Part shown: one piece after another, positions 50,689 to 63,513 of the stretch
Position numbering within the stretch: position 1 is the first letter of the stretch
Layout: each line of letters opens with the position of its first letter
NCBI RefSeq assembly: GCF_006345805.1
Contig: NC_043011.1
Location: 5,518,001 to 5,582,000 of the forward strand
Length of the DNA: 64,000 nt
Reading direction: 5' to 3'
Origin: Octopus sinensis
Taxonomy: Eukaryota
Translations under genes and position numbers: made by a program
The notes under the pieces: generated by a model
Database searches by the model: none
The model's input: only the letters and a program-made list of their open reading frames with translations
What the model was told of the DNA's origin: nothing

Positions 50689-51020
50689 CATACATGCATA
50701 CATTCATACATACATACATACATACATACATACATACATACATTCATACATACATACATACATACATACATACGTATCGCTGATTTCTTCCAAGGAATCT
50801 AGTGGTCTTAGCTTAGTTTTTCCTTGGGGCTGGCCAGATTGCAGCAATCTCGAGTATAACCAGCCGATATTGCAAATATAATCTGGAACTCGACTGAAGA
50901 AAGAAAACTCCGAACGATCCCTCCTTGTATCGTCTGTCTGGATGTTTTGCGTTCTTGTCCCATTTTTGGTATTCCTTTATATATATATATATACACACAC
51001 ACACAACACACACACACAAC

Positions 51021-51054
<34 letters not shown>

Positions 51055-51074
51055 GATATATATATATATATAAT

Positions 51075-51116
<42 letters not shown>

Positions 51117-51119
51117 ATA

Positions 51120-51571
<452 letters not shown>

Positions 51572-52789
51572 AGCACAGGCGTGGCTGTGTGGTAAGAAGC
51601 TTGCTTCCGAACCACATGGTTCCGGGTTTAGTTCCACACCTAAGGCAAGTGTCTTCTACTGTAGCCTCGGGCCGACTAAAGCCTTGTGAGTGGATTCGGT
51701 AGACGGAAACAGAAAGAAGCCCGTCGTATACTCACACACACACACACACACACATTGGTATTTAAATAAGCCTAAAGCTTATATAAATACCATAATCATT
51801 ATTTACAGGACTGTAAAACCCGGTACCGTATAACAAAACCATATATATGAACGTTTTAAGTTACTTTGGTAGTATTTTTTTTTTCACCAAATAATTGAAC
51901 TACAGAGAAGTTTTATGAGTAGCACGGCAATCTGTTTCCGATTAATCTAGGAACGGAAAATCAAATTGCCCTTTCATGATCATAGAACATATAAGTTCGC
52001 AAGCGATGCCAAGTAGAGCTACTGAAGTGTTTTGGCAGTAGATTAGGGATAATGACTACAAAATATAGTTGTGTTACATGAAAGCGAAATTTCTTGTCAG
52101 AAACAGCCACATACATTGTGTAATGAAATTGAAGGAAGACGTTGAAACTGCCCCTCTGCGAGTTTATTTTTTTCAACAGCAAAGGAAGTTATTTTTTCGA
52201 AGAGATAAGCTCACATAGCCTGCATATAAACTAACAGCGAGTGCTGCATAAAGTTAAATTGGCATGGAGCTTTCTGAAAGCTTTCGCTAGTGAAGCAAAA
52301 CGCTTCCTTTTACTTTTATAAAAACATTAAGCAAGTATGGAAGACCCTGCATACTAAAAAGCTATATCCATTTAGATCCATTTATGCAGGAGCTCTGGGC
52401 AAAATGTTTAGTGCATGGCCATCCCTGGGACAAAAGTAATGTATGTGTAAATTTTGGTGAATATGCGTTCAGTGTTCTTAGTCAATTTAATCACCGTCGC
52501 TGGTAGAGAGTGGCAATAAATAAATAGGCAAAATCCTTTCACTTTTAAAAAAGATTAAAAAATTATGGAAGATCCTACACACAAAAAACTATGTCCGTTT
52601 ACGTCCATTTACGCGCGAGCTCTGGTGAAAATGTTATAGTGCATGACCATCCTTGGGACATAAGTGATGTGAGCGTTAAGTTTGGTGAAAATCGGTTAAA
52701 CTTATTTTGAAAAACAACATCTACAAAATGGAAATAACTGAGAGATTGTGGTGAAATATTTTGATAATGTATAGTGACATTCATTGGAT

Positions 52790-53626
52790 GACATAATTAA
52801 CTCATATCCCCAACACTATTGTCTGCAACACACCCCAAGATCACCACACTTCCCCCACTTCGCTTTACAGTTGGAACCATACACTCAGGAGTCATCTGTT
52901 CGCCTCACATAAACTCTATGCCGCGATGCGAAGATTTAAAACTTTGATTCATCAGTGCAGAGGACTCGTTTTCATTGATGTTTGGTGTCTTCAGGACCAC
53001 TTTATTTAAAGGTCGGGACAGTGGTCTTCTGGCAGCGCAACGGCCATTTAGACTGGCAGCAATGAGTCTTCTCCTCGCGGTTGTAGGAGACACGTTAGCT
53101 TCACCGGCTTCACTCACTTGTGCAGCGATTTCGTTTGCTGTCAGGCGCCTGTTTCGAAGATTGGTGACTCTGATGAACTTATTTAGAAATCACTTTTGGA
53201 CGACCTGACCGAGCTCTGTTTGTGATTTTGTCTTGTTTCATTATACCTTACAATGGCGGAGCGGCCGGTAATGTGAGAAACTTTAACTTGCTTAGCTATA
53301 TCTCGAAAACTATAGCCTTCATTACGTAATATACCAATGCTTTGTCTATTTTCAGGTGATAAATTACCGGTTATGCTTATATTTAGATTGATTTTTAGGA
53401 ATTTCACTAATCTTATTTATAAAGTTCTATATTTAAGAGATGAGGAATTATGTACATTATTTACATTTGACGGATATTTGTCCTCATCTTGTTTGTTGTT
53501 AACACCAACGTTTCGGCTGATATACCCTCCAGCCTTCATCAGGTGTCTTGGGGAAATTTCGAACCTGGGTTCTCATTCCTGGAACCGAACTCGAGTTCGA
53601 TTCCAGGTGATGACCTGAATAATAAC

Positions 53627-53676
<50 letters not shown>

Positions 53677-54190
53677 CAACAACAACAACGTCGAAAAACC
53701 CCTTGGTAATGAGAACCCATGTTCGAAATTTCCCCAAGACACCTGATGAAGGCTGGAGGGTATATCAGCCGAAACGTTGTGATAACAACAAACAAGATGA
53801 GGACAAACATCCGCCAAATGTAAATAATGTAAATAACCTTATTTTTAATAATTGAACCCGAAAGAACAATAAAACATTTAACGTAGCCATTAAATGATGT
53901 TATCTCGACCGACAGCACATAAGGAGTAGAAATAATCAAAATGTATTTCAATGTTGCCAAAAAGGGGATTCTAAAATACTTTTGGCAACATTCCTAAATA
54001 GGTTTGCCATCACGAAATAAGATTAACATGTCTAAATAGTATTATTCCATATCAAATAAACCGAAAACTTTATGCAATATGTTATTCCATATTTTTATGC
54101 CAAAATCTTTTCTAAATCGATGACTTTGAACTAAAAATTCGACTTTGAAACAAAATTTTGGAGGTGATCATAAACTTTTGGATAGTAGTG
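52790..54190 (-). mobile_element. Tc1-like transposon relic interrupted by a Penelope-type inverted repeat
   Basis: 5' TIR TA|CACTACTATCCAAAAGTTT at 54190; HTH LSPENRQSIGILRNEGYSFRDIAKQVKVS; MVPTVKRSGGSVVILGC; left end not found. Confidence 0.7.
53453..53831. mobile_element. Inverted pair of Penelope-type pLTR fragments, each with a hammerhead-like motif
   Basis: Arms 53453-53577 and 53708-53831; GACAC-CTGATGA-A-GGCTG(10 nt)CAGCC-GAAA-CG-TT at 53738-53783 (+) and 53501-53547 (-). Confidence 0.8.
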
Positions 54191-54487
54191 TAGACTCTCC
54201 CATATTTATCGCTTATCAGCGCACTCTGTTCACCCACATTTCTCAGAAATATCATGTCCACGCATTTTCAAGAACCCTACAGGTGTGGCTGTGTGGTTAC
54301 AAGCTTGCTTCCCAACCACATGGTTCCGAGTTCAGTCCCACTGCATGGCACATTGGGCAAGTGTCTTCTACTATAGCCTCAGGCCGACCAAAGCCTTGAG
54401 AGTAGATTTGGTTGACGGAAACTGAAAGAAGCCCGTCACATATATATATATATATATATAAATATATGTGTATATATATCAGTGTAT

Positions 54488-54793
54488 GCGGAGGCGCAAT
54501 GGCCCAGTGGTTAGGGCAGCGAACTTGCGGTTGCAGGATCGCGGTTTCGATTCCCAGACCGGGCGTTGTGAGTGTTTATTGAGCGAAAACACCTAAAAGC
54601 TCCACGAGGCTCCGGCAGGGGGTGGTGATCCCTACTGTACTCTTTCACCACTCTTTCTCTCACTCTTTCGTCTGTTGGCTTGCTCGCTTAGCCAGCGGGG
54701 TGGCGTCATTCGAAGGCTAAAACAATGCGAAGCGCATTGTGACCAGCGTTGTGTAGCAACATCTGATGGTCTGGTCGGTCACGTGATCACGTG
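54488..54793 (+). mobile_element. SINE family C (tRNA-like head) nested in a SINE A copy
   Basis: A-box TGGCCCAGTGG, B-box-like GTTTCGATTCC; 12-bp TSD ATATCAGTGTAT at 54476-54487 and 54794-54805. Confidence 0.85.
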
Positions 54794-55524
54794 ATATCAG
54801 TGTATATCTGAGTGTGTGTGTTCCTGTTTGTGTTTGTCCCCTCCCCCCACCGCTTCACAACCAGTATCGGTGTGTTTACCACCCCGTATCTAGCGGTTCG
54901 GCAAAAGCGACCGATAGAATAAGTACCCGGCTTAACAAAAAGTAAGTACTGGGGTCGATTCATTCGACTAAAAAATTCTTCAAAACTACACCTGGGCCCC
55001 AGCATGGCCCAGGTCTAATGACTGAAGCATGTAAAAATAAAGGATAAAATATATATATCAAAGGTCCCTTCAGAGCCATAGGCTCGAGGGCCAGTTTTTT
55101 TTATTCTGTAGCGGATATATTCCACCCCCACCCACCACCACCACCACCAAGCCACCTTCGACGAGACGACGGCCCGTCGCAGGATTAATTATATTTGCCA
55201 GCTGAGTGGACTGAGGCAATCTGAAATTACGAGTTTGCTCAAGAACGTAAAGGGTCGTCCAGATATCGAACCCAGAACCTTACGATCATGAGTGCAACAC
55301 CCTAACCAATAATCCACGTGTCTCCGCATATACATCTATGTACATATACATACATATAAACACATCTAAAGTGTATGCATACGTATGTATGCATGTATAC
55401 ATACATACATAATACATACATACATCATACATACACACATATATAGATACATATATACATACGCGCACACACAAACTCTAAGAAGTACAGCAGTATATAT
55501 TTATTACTGGTGAAGACCGGTTTA

Positions 55525-55663
55525 TAGGGTTACCCTGGGTTTCTCGCCATAAAGGGTACCTTTATGGCATTTCCTCAGATCCTAAGACCCGTTGGCCAAT
55601 GGCCTCTTTAGAATATTTTAAAGCGGTCATAGGCCAACAGGTCTTAGGGTCTGAAGATACGCC
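55525..55663. mobile_element. Foldback containing a hammerhead-like motif (minus strand 55525-55584)
   Basis: TAGGAT-CTGAGGA-aat-GCCATAAAGG(tac)CCTTTATGGC-ga-GAAA-CCCAGGG-TA-ACCCTA; the opposite arm carries TAGGGT-CTGAAGA-TACGCC. Confidence 0.65.
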
Positions 55664-55743
55664 TATATATACACATGTACTTAAGTTGAGGCACCAGAAT
55701 TTAGTACGGTATTATCCATACAATTTGAAAATAAGGTGATTAA

Positions 55744-55912
55744 AATCAAAATAAGCAACAAGGATATCCAGAGGTAATACAGTACGATCGTTTCAAGCAA
55801 CAATTAAACCATTATATCAATTGATGTAATGGTTGCATTGTTCAATTAAATGGAGTTGCTTGAAACGATCGTACCGCATTACCTCTGGATATCCTTGTTG
55901 CTTATTTTGATT
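55744..55912. repeat. Foldback with ~58-bp arms
   Basis: aatcaaaataagcaacaaggatatccagaggtaat..tacgatcgtttcaagcaac and its reverse complement. Confidence 0.85.
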
Positions 55913-55937
55913 ATATATATATAATACATGTATTATA

Positions 55938-56151
55938 TCACAATACATGTATTAAAGCGCTACTAATACTTTCATATGTTGAGAAAACTCAAACATATTC
56001 TTCAGGTGTAAACCACATATTTTAACGAACTAAAGAAATTGATCATTCAATATTTTAAGTTCGTTATGATATGCGGTTTGCGCCTGAAGAATATGTTTGA
56101 GTCCTCTCAACATATGAAGCTTTTAGTAGCGCTTTAATACATGTATTGTGA
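55938..56151. mobile_element. Inverted pair with a hammerhead-like motif in each arm
   Basis: + arm 56080-56132: GCGC-CTGAAGA-ATATGTTTGAG(tcct)CTCAACATAT-GAAG-ctttta-GTA-GCGC; the - arm keeps GAAA but has an ACAC stem I strand. Confidence 0.65.
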
Positions 56152-56199
56152 CCTTTAGATAGATAATATTTATCTCTCACCAGTTGGAGCACATTTTTT

Positions 56200-56570
56200 C
56201 AATACCAGTTGTCATAGGTGCCCTGAGAATGATAGCAAAAGGGGCTGATAGCTACCTAACTCAGATACCAGGAAACCCAAAAATGGCAGAAATTCAAAAG
56301 ATAGTGCTCATGGGAACTGCTCATATCCTACGCAAAATACTTTCTATGTAATCTCAAGGTTTAAACAACATAATTTTCGGTTTAAAGAGAAAAAAAAACA
56401 ACTTTTTTTCTTTTTTTTTTTCTAGACATTCATTAGTACACACACCCCACCCCCCAAATATATGGCACACTAGGCATAACAACAACATAAACTTTCCAAC
56501 CTGTTGTCTCTTGAGGTCTCTGGGTGAGACTTGGAGCCAACTTGTACAAATATAAAGCAAAAGTCAAACA
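56200..56570 (+). mobile_element. R4/Dong-like extreme 3' fragment (family C)
   Basis: IPVVIGALRMIAKG..IQKIVLMGTAHILRKILSM*; UTR ends caaaagtcaaacat plus (TAA)n; the same 3' end recurs at ~33763-33812. Confidence 0.8.
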
Positions 56571-56686
56571 TATAATATAATAATAATAATAATATAATAA
56601 TATAATAATAAAATAATAATAATAATGATGATGATGATGATGATGATGATAATAATAATAATAATAATAATATAATAATAATAATG

Positions 56687-56737
<51 letters not shown>

Positions 56738-56863
56738 TAAATAATAATAATAATAATAATAATCATAATAATAATATGATGAGATGATGATAATAATAAT
56801 AATAATAATCATAATAATGATAATAATAATAATAATCTAATAATAATAATATAATGATAATAA

Positions 56864-58166
56864 TTTTTTTCTGTCATTTCTTTCTCCATCAATTTGTCCA
56901 TTTCCCTTGAAATGACAGAAAAATTTAAGGGCAATGGATAAATTGATAGAGAAAGAAGAAACAGAAACATTTAAGGTGGAGTACTTGCGCAAACTGGGAC
57001 TGATCCTTAAGTCGAAATTAAATGGACGGGATAAGATCGAAGCTATAAACACCTGGGCGGTTTCACTCCTTAGATATGAAGCAGGGGTAATCGCGTGGAC
57101 AGTAGACTAACTAAACAGCTTAGACAGAAAGACAAGGAAGTTGCTAACTAGATATGGGGTCACTCCACCCAAAAGTGACACAGACAGATTGTATGTACGA
57201 AGAAAAAGAGGGGAAGGGGACTTATGTGAACACGCAACATAGTATGGTATGTAAAAAATGCCACAGAATCGCTATTATTAGAAGTAGGAAGGCCAGGCTT
57301 GTGTAGGATGAAAGATTGCAAAGATAAAGCACTGTACAAGAAATTGAAAACGAATGAAACTGAATACAGGTGGGTAAAGAAAAGAATACATGGACAATTT
57401 CATAGGGATGTTGAAGATAAAACAGACAGAGAAATAAGATGGCCGTGGATGAGTAAAAATGATTTAAAACCGGAAACGGAGGCTCTAATTTGTGCTGCCC
57501 ACGAGCAAGCACTAAGAACCTAAGAACAAACTACATAAAATACAGAATAGACAACACAGAAAACGGTGAAACTATATGGCGTATTACCAGCCCATGTACG
57601 CCATTAGCCCAGAAGAAATATAAGAGACGCCAGAACAATATAGCCAGGCTTGTCCATTGGACACTTTGCAACAAGTATGGACTTGAGAGAGCAAAAATTT
57701 GGTACGACCACAAACCTGAAGGCATCGTTGAAAATGGAAATGCAAAGATCCTATGGGAGTTCATGGTTCAGTGCGAACATGAGATTGAGAATAGGAAGCT
57801 GGAGATAGTCTTAATTGAAAAAGAAAACAAACTATCCTGGATCATAGATATAGCATGCCCTGCTAACAACAAGGTATGTGATAAGGAAGAAAGAAAAGTC
57901 GAGAGATATGATAGGTTAGCTTGGGAAGTTAGCAGTTGTGGTCGATGAAAAAGGTAGTAGTAGTACCAATAATTGTCGTAGCCCTGAGCGAAAATCTCGA
58001 GAAGTACGTGAAACAAATAGGGGCTGCAAAAAGGGTGGTGCACTTGCAGGAAACAGCACTGCTTGGAACCGCTCGAATACTCTGGAAGGTGCTCGAGAAA
58101 TAAGAGGTGTTACCTTAGTTCACTGACACTGTAATACATCTCCAGCGTTAGAAGCTGTGCAAAGGC
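56864..58166 (+). mobile_element. R4/Dong-like fragment (family D), decayed
   Basis: KSKLNGRDKIEAINTWAVSLLRY, LKPETEALICAAHEQALRT, AKILWEFMVQ, WIIDIACP, LLGTARIL; (TAA)n on both sides. Confidence 0.85.
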
Positions 58167-58227
58167 AATAAATAATAATAATAATAATAATGATGATGAT
58201 GATGATGATGATAATAATAATAATATA

Positions 58228-58274
<47 letters not shown>

Positions 58275-58278
<4 letters not shown>

Positions 58279-58427
58279 TTCAGACATATACATAACAAAA
58301 CATCAGGACTTACAAACACATATTACATACAGAAAATTGCACTACTAGGCACTGCACACATCCTACGCGCAGAACACTTTCCATACAATAACCATCAGAG
58401 CATCACAACAAATCACAACCATACCCA
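58275..58427 (+). mobile_element. R4/Dong-like family B 3' fragment cut by the assembly gap
   Basis: Reverse complement of about 41075-41215; starts at (TAA)n. Confidence 0.8.
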
Positions 58428-58527
58428 NNNNNNNNNNNNNNNNNNNNNNNNNNNNNNNNNNNNNNNNNNNNNNNNNNNNNNNNNNNNNNNNNNNNNNNNN
58501 NNNNNNNNNNNNNNNNNNNNNNNNNNN
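58428..58527. other. Assembly gap (100 N)
   Basis: Run of exactly 100 n. Confidence 1.
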
Positions 58528-59470
58528 GATGATGATGATGATGATAATAATAATAATGATGATGATAATAATGATGATGGTGACAATAATAATGATGATG
58601 ATGATGATGATGATGATAATAATAATGATGATGATAATAATGATGATGGTGACAATAATAATGATGATGATGATGATGATGATAATAATAATAATTATGA
58701 TGATGATGATGATAATAATAATAATGATGATAATAATGATGATGGTGACAATAATAATGATGATGATGATGATGATGATGATGATAATAATAATAATGAT
58801 GATGATAATAATGATGATGGTGACAATAATAATGATGACCGATTGATGATGATGATAATAATAATAATGATGATGATGATGATGATAATAATAATAATGA
58901 TGATAATAATGAGATGTGACAATAATAATGATGATGATGATTGATGATGATAATAATAATGATGATGATGATAAAGATGATGATTGGTGACAATAATAAT
59001 GATGATGATGATGATGGATGATAATAATAATAATGATGATGATGATGATGATAATAATAATAATGATGATAATAATGATGATGGTGACAATAATAATGAT
59101 GATGATGATGATGATGATAATAATAATAATAATGATGATAATAATGATGATGGTGACAATAATAATGATGACGATGATGATGATGATAATAATAATAATG
59201 ATGATGATGATGATAATAATAATAATAATGATGATAATAATGATGATGGTGACAATAATAATGATGATGATGATGATGATGATAATAATAATAATGATGA
59301 TGATAATAATGATGATGGTGACAATAATAATGATGATGATGATGATGATGATAATAATAATAATTGATGATGATGATGATGATGATAATAATAATAATGA
59401 TGATGATGATGATGATGATAATAATAATAATGATGATGATAATAATAATAATGATGATGGTGACAATAAT
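58528..59470. repeat. Compound (GAT)n/(AAT)n microsatellite with a higher-order unit marked by GGTGAC
   Basis: ggtgacaat recurs about 11 times at spacings mostly near 69 or 96 bp. Confidence 0.9.
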
Positions 59471-61740
59471 AAACTTAGATAAACTTAGATATGTTTCGAC
59501 CAAAGATTGGTCCAGGCCATGTCTAACTTAATAGCACCACCTGATAGGATTATTCGAATCCTGTTTAAGTCAAGTTTTGTTTAAATCAAGTTTTGTTCAA
59601 GTAATGAGTTCTTGTTGGGTGAGTTGTATCCAATTATGGGTGGCTTATCTGGTATTCTTTGAAGGAATCTATCCAGACTCTGTTTAAAGTTGATGGGATC
59701 CTTTTCCTCTTTGATCTCCCTCGGGACAATGTTAAATAGGGCAGGGCCTGTTGAGGAAAAGAAATTATGTTGCAGTGTACATGTATGTTGTGATCTTGAA
59801 TTGGGCAGGGGACGTATAGCTCGTGGTCCAAGTCTTGGATGAACCTTGAAGCTAATGTTTAGGTCGTTTGGGCAAAGTTGGCGGTATATTTTCCACATCG
59901 TACAAATGATGTACCGCTCACGGCGACGCTGGAGGGAGAAAGTTTCATTCAAGGCTTTAAGGCGATCCCAATAATCGAGAGCAGCCATGCCTTCAATTTG
60001 TTTAGTGGGTGCCCTCTGGGGTGACTCAATTCTGGAGATGTTTTGTCTTGTGTGAGGAGACCACAGTGGGCAGCAGTATTCAAGGTGTGGCCGTACAAAG
60101 GAGGAAAAAAGTGGTATGATGACACCTTGTTCTCTGGACCGGAAAGTTCTTAAGATCCAGGAACTCATCCTACGAGCTATATCGACCTTCTTGTTGATGT
60201 GTGCACTCCAACTGAGATCGTCATCAACAATTACACCCAGGTCTCTGATATTGTTAGAGGCTGTGAGCAGTTCCCCTGAAGGAAGAGAGTATGGTTGTTT
60301 TAGTGAGGAATTTCTTCCAAAATGCATCAGCTCAAATTTTCCCTCATTCAGTTGCATTTTGTTTCTGTCTGCCCATTGACTCACAGCATATAGATCAGAC
60401 TGGAGTTGAGTTCGGTCTGCTTCTTCATTAACGATTTGCTGGAGCTTAGTGTCATCAGCAAATATTTTCACTTTGCAGTAATGTACGACACTGGAAAGGT
60501 CGTTTACGTAAATTATGAAGAGTAGCGGACCCAAAACAGTTCCCTGGGGAACACCGCTGGTGACTTTTGCTGGGTTTGAGTGGACTCCATCAACTACAAC
60601 ATGTGTTCTATTCGCCAGGAAATACTTAATCCAGTGTAGAACTTTTCCACGGATTCAAACGTTTGCCAATTTTGAGAGTAGGATGTATATGGTCTACCCT
60701 GTCGAACGCTTTACTGAAGTCAAGATATATGACGTCAGAGTTCGAACCTGTTCCCAAGGCTTTGAGTACATCTTCAATGTGGTGTAAGAGCTGTTGGTTT
60801 AGACAGTCCTGCCACAGCGAAAGCCATGCTGATTTGCATTTAGGAGTTTGTGGGTCTCCAGGAAGTCAGCTATCCTTGATCTTAACACTCTTTCAAACAC
60901 TTTAATGATGTGGGAGGTGAGTGAGATTGGGCGATAGTTGACTGCGAGGGATCTGTTTCCCTGTTTGAAAACCGGGATGACCGACTGGGATAGAAACTGT
61001 TTCGGTATATAACCTGCGTCTAACGAATTTCTCCAGAGGTTGGTCAGAGGGACTGCAAGTTGGTATCTACATTCCTTCAGGAGACTAGCGGGAAATCTAT
61101 CAGGGCCTACCTCATTTATTGCTGCTACGATGTTGGTGGCAGTGAAGGTTATGTCTGATATTTTGTGTTGGGAGTCAACTTCATTCGTTTCCCTTACGTC
61201 AATATCAGTGGGAACACTAAAGACAGAGCAGTATTGTTTCTGCAGTATTTCTGCCATTTCTTTAGCATCGTGTTGGGGAATGCCGTTATCATCAATCAAT
61301 GGCCCAATGGGTGAGACAGTGGTTCTATGCTTATTTGCATAAGAATAGAACACTTTTGGGTTCTGTTTGATGTTTTTGATTACCCATTGTTCCTCCACAG
61401 CTCTTTGATTTTCAATGGAGGTTTTCATGTTGGTCTGCAGATGAAGTTTTTTCCAGCTCTAGTCTTTTCATTGTTGTTGAATGTGGATGTTGTGTGGGGA
61501 TATTTTAATTGGTTGATTTTTTGTTGAGTCTTTTGATGCGCCTAATGAGTGTTTTTTCTTTTTAGGGAGCCGGTTCTGTTTGTGTTAGTAGATTTCTTGG
61601 AGGCGTGTTTAGAGCATGTATTGGTGACAATGTTTCAAAGTGCTGCCACGCGGTCTCAATATGAGAGGAATTCAGAGTAAAACTAGTCGATGGAAGACAG
61701 ATCCTTTCTGATTGTTCCCCAGTCCGCTTTGTGGAAGTTT
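59471..61740 (-). mobile_element. CR1-group LINE, 5'-truncated, with frameshifts
   Basis: NFHKADW, YRPISLTSHIIKVFER, NQHGFRCGR, GPLLFIIYVND, IFADDTKL, HLEYCCPLWSP; tail (ATCTAAGTTT)2; GAT/AAT microsatellite on both sides. Confidence 0.92.
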
Positions 61741-61792
61741 GATGATGATAATAATAATAATAATGATGATGATAATAATAATGATGATGATG

Positions 61793-61826
<34 letters not shown>

Positions 61827-61963
61827 TGATGATGATGATAATAATAATAATAATAATGATGATGATGATAATAATAATAATAATGATGATGATGATGATA
61901 ATAATAATAATGATGATGATAATAATAATGATGATGATGATAATAATAATAATAATAATAATA

Positions 61964-62010
<47 letters not shown>

Positions 62011-62011
62011 A

Positions 62012-62565
62012 GCCCTGATGCAGTACCAGGCAGTGGCTCTCATGGCTTCTGATCTTAGCTGATTGGAAGTGTTATCATGTACGTTGTTTTGTCTTGCTAT
62101 AAAAGATGGGCTATAGCAAATATTCTGCTCAATACCACGGATTTGCTTGTCAGTTGTTTGGCTTTAACCAGTTGACCATGTCCCTTAGTAGATGACGATA
62201 TGTGCATCTCTGACCACGAGCAGAAGTAGTGGGGGAGCATCATAGCCATGTGTTGAGAGGGATTCTTTGGGGTTTTAATAATTCACCTGTGGAAACATGG
62301 GTGGTTCGTTCAATATCCTTAAACAATCCTTATTCAGGGACTTTTGAGCGGGATGGGTTACTCGACCAGAAGAAAATTCTAACTGGGCCCCACCTGCAAG
62401 ATCATATGCTGTTTATCATGATATGAGATCACCATGTCGCGCACGAATGGTTGTGATGTATGTGTCTGGTGTACTCTTATCAAACGGGTAGTCATGATGG
62501 GTATATTGGGTTTCATATAATTGTACCCCAGTGTCACTTTGATGGCATGCACTGCTCTCTCACTC
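62012..62565 (+). mobile_element. ~555-bp non-coding element, third full copy
   Basis: Colinear with 39200-39755; between (GAT)n and (AAT)n. Confidence 0.8.
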
Positions 62566-62566
62566 A

Positions 62567-62617
<51 letters not shown>

Positions 62618-62619
<2 letters not shown>

Positions 62620-63513
62620 GTATATGACATGATACCACACATTTGGATAAGAAAAACAATGGACAAGTTTGGAATAGCAAAGCACATGGAGAAAATTCGT
62701 AATGAAAGTCTGAATCATTGGAATACTGAATTGATGGGAGGAAAACTGAACATCAGACGTGGAATATTCCGAGGTGATAGCTAATTTCCATTACTATTCG
62801 CATTGGCCATTATACCACTCACTTATAGAAGCAACAGTAGAGAAAGGAAACAGATTGTACGTTGACAAGAGGCAAATTACCTCGAAACTGCAGTCTGTGC
62901 GTATCACTTAGGTTTACGAGAGAGGGATGACCTCTCTTTGCAAATATAAGGGCACAGAAAGTGTGTCTAAAGCCAGCTGGAGACGATGATCTCCTGGGAC
63001 TAAAAGCTACAGTAACACCCACCCTTTGTGGTTAGCCATATTGAGATGGCTAGTATACTTTACGTTGTCGAGCGGTTACTGTTTACATCTCGTTCAGAGA
63101 TTTATTATTGCTCTGAAAAAGATATTAAATTTTATTTTTAAAAAATGAAAGAAAGAAAAAAGTCAAAGCTGAATTCCAAAAATCTTAATGAAGCAATAAA
63201 TTCAAGAGCAGTATCCTTAATCAGATATGGAGTTGGAATTATAGACTGGACCAGAAATGATGTAAAGAAACTTGACAGAAAAACTAGGAAGTTGTTGATG
63301 ATGTATGGAGCCCACCATCAGAACGCTGATATCAACTGGCTGTACTTGAGGAGAGGCCAGGGTGGAAGAGGCAGGAGGGACCAGGGTGGAAGAGGCTTAA
63401 TAGCAGTAGAAGAATGTGTACAGATGGAAAGAAAAAGCCTGGTAGAGTATTTACAGAGCAGTACAGAAAAACTACTAAAGGCAGTTAATAAAGAACAGGC
63501 GATGAAGCGCGTA
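62618..63513 (+). mobile_element. R4/Dong-like RT fragments (family E) with an unrelated insert at ~62815-63135
   Basis: KVYDMIPHIWI..NIRRGIFRGDS; KSKLNSKNLNEAINSRAVSLIRYGVGIIDW..LYLRRGQGGRG. Confidence 0.8.

Noticed and set aside
54488-54565. tRNA gene call for the SINE C head, and likewise the SINE A heads
   Set aside because: Cloverleaf incomplete; continues into a SINE body bounded by a TSD
58363-59503. Long ORFs (367, 366, 209 aa) and similar poly-I/N/D/H/Y/L ORFs across the window
   Set aside because: Translations of trinucleotide and dinucleotide microsatellites; some run across the N gap
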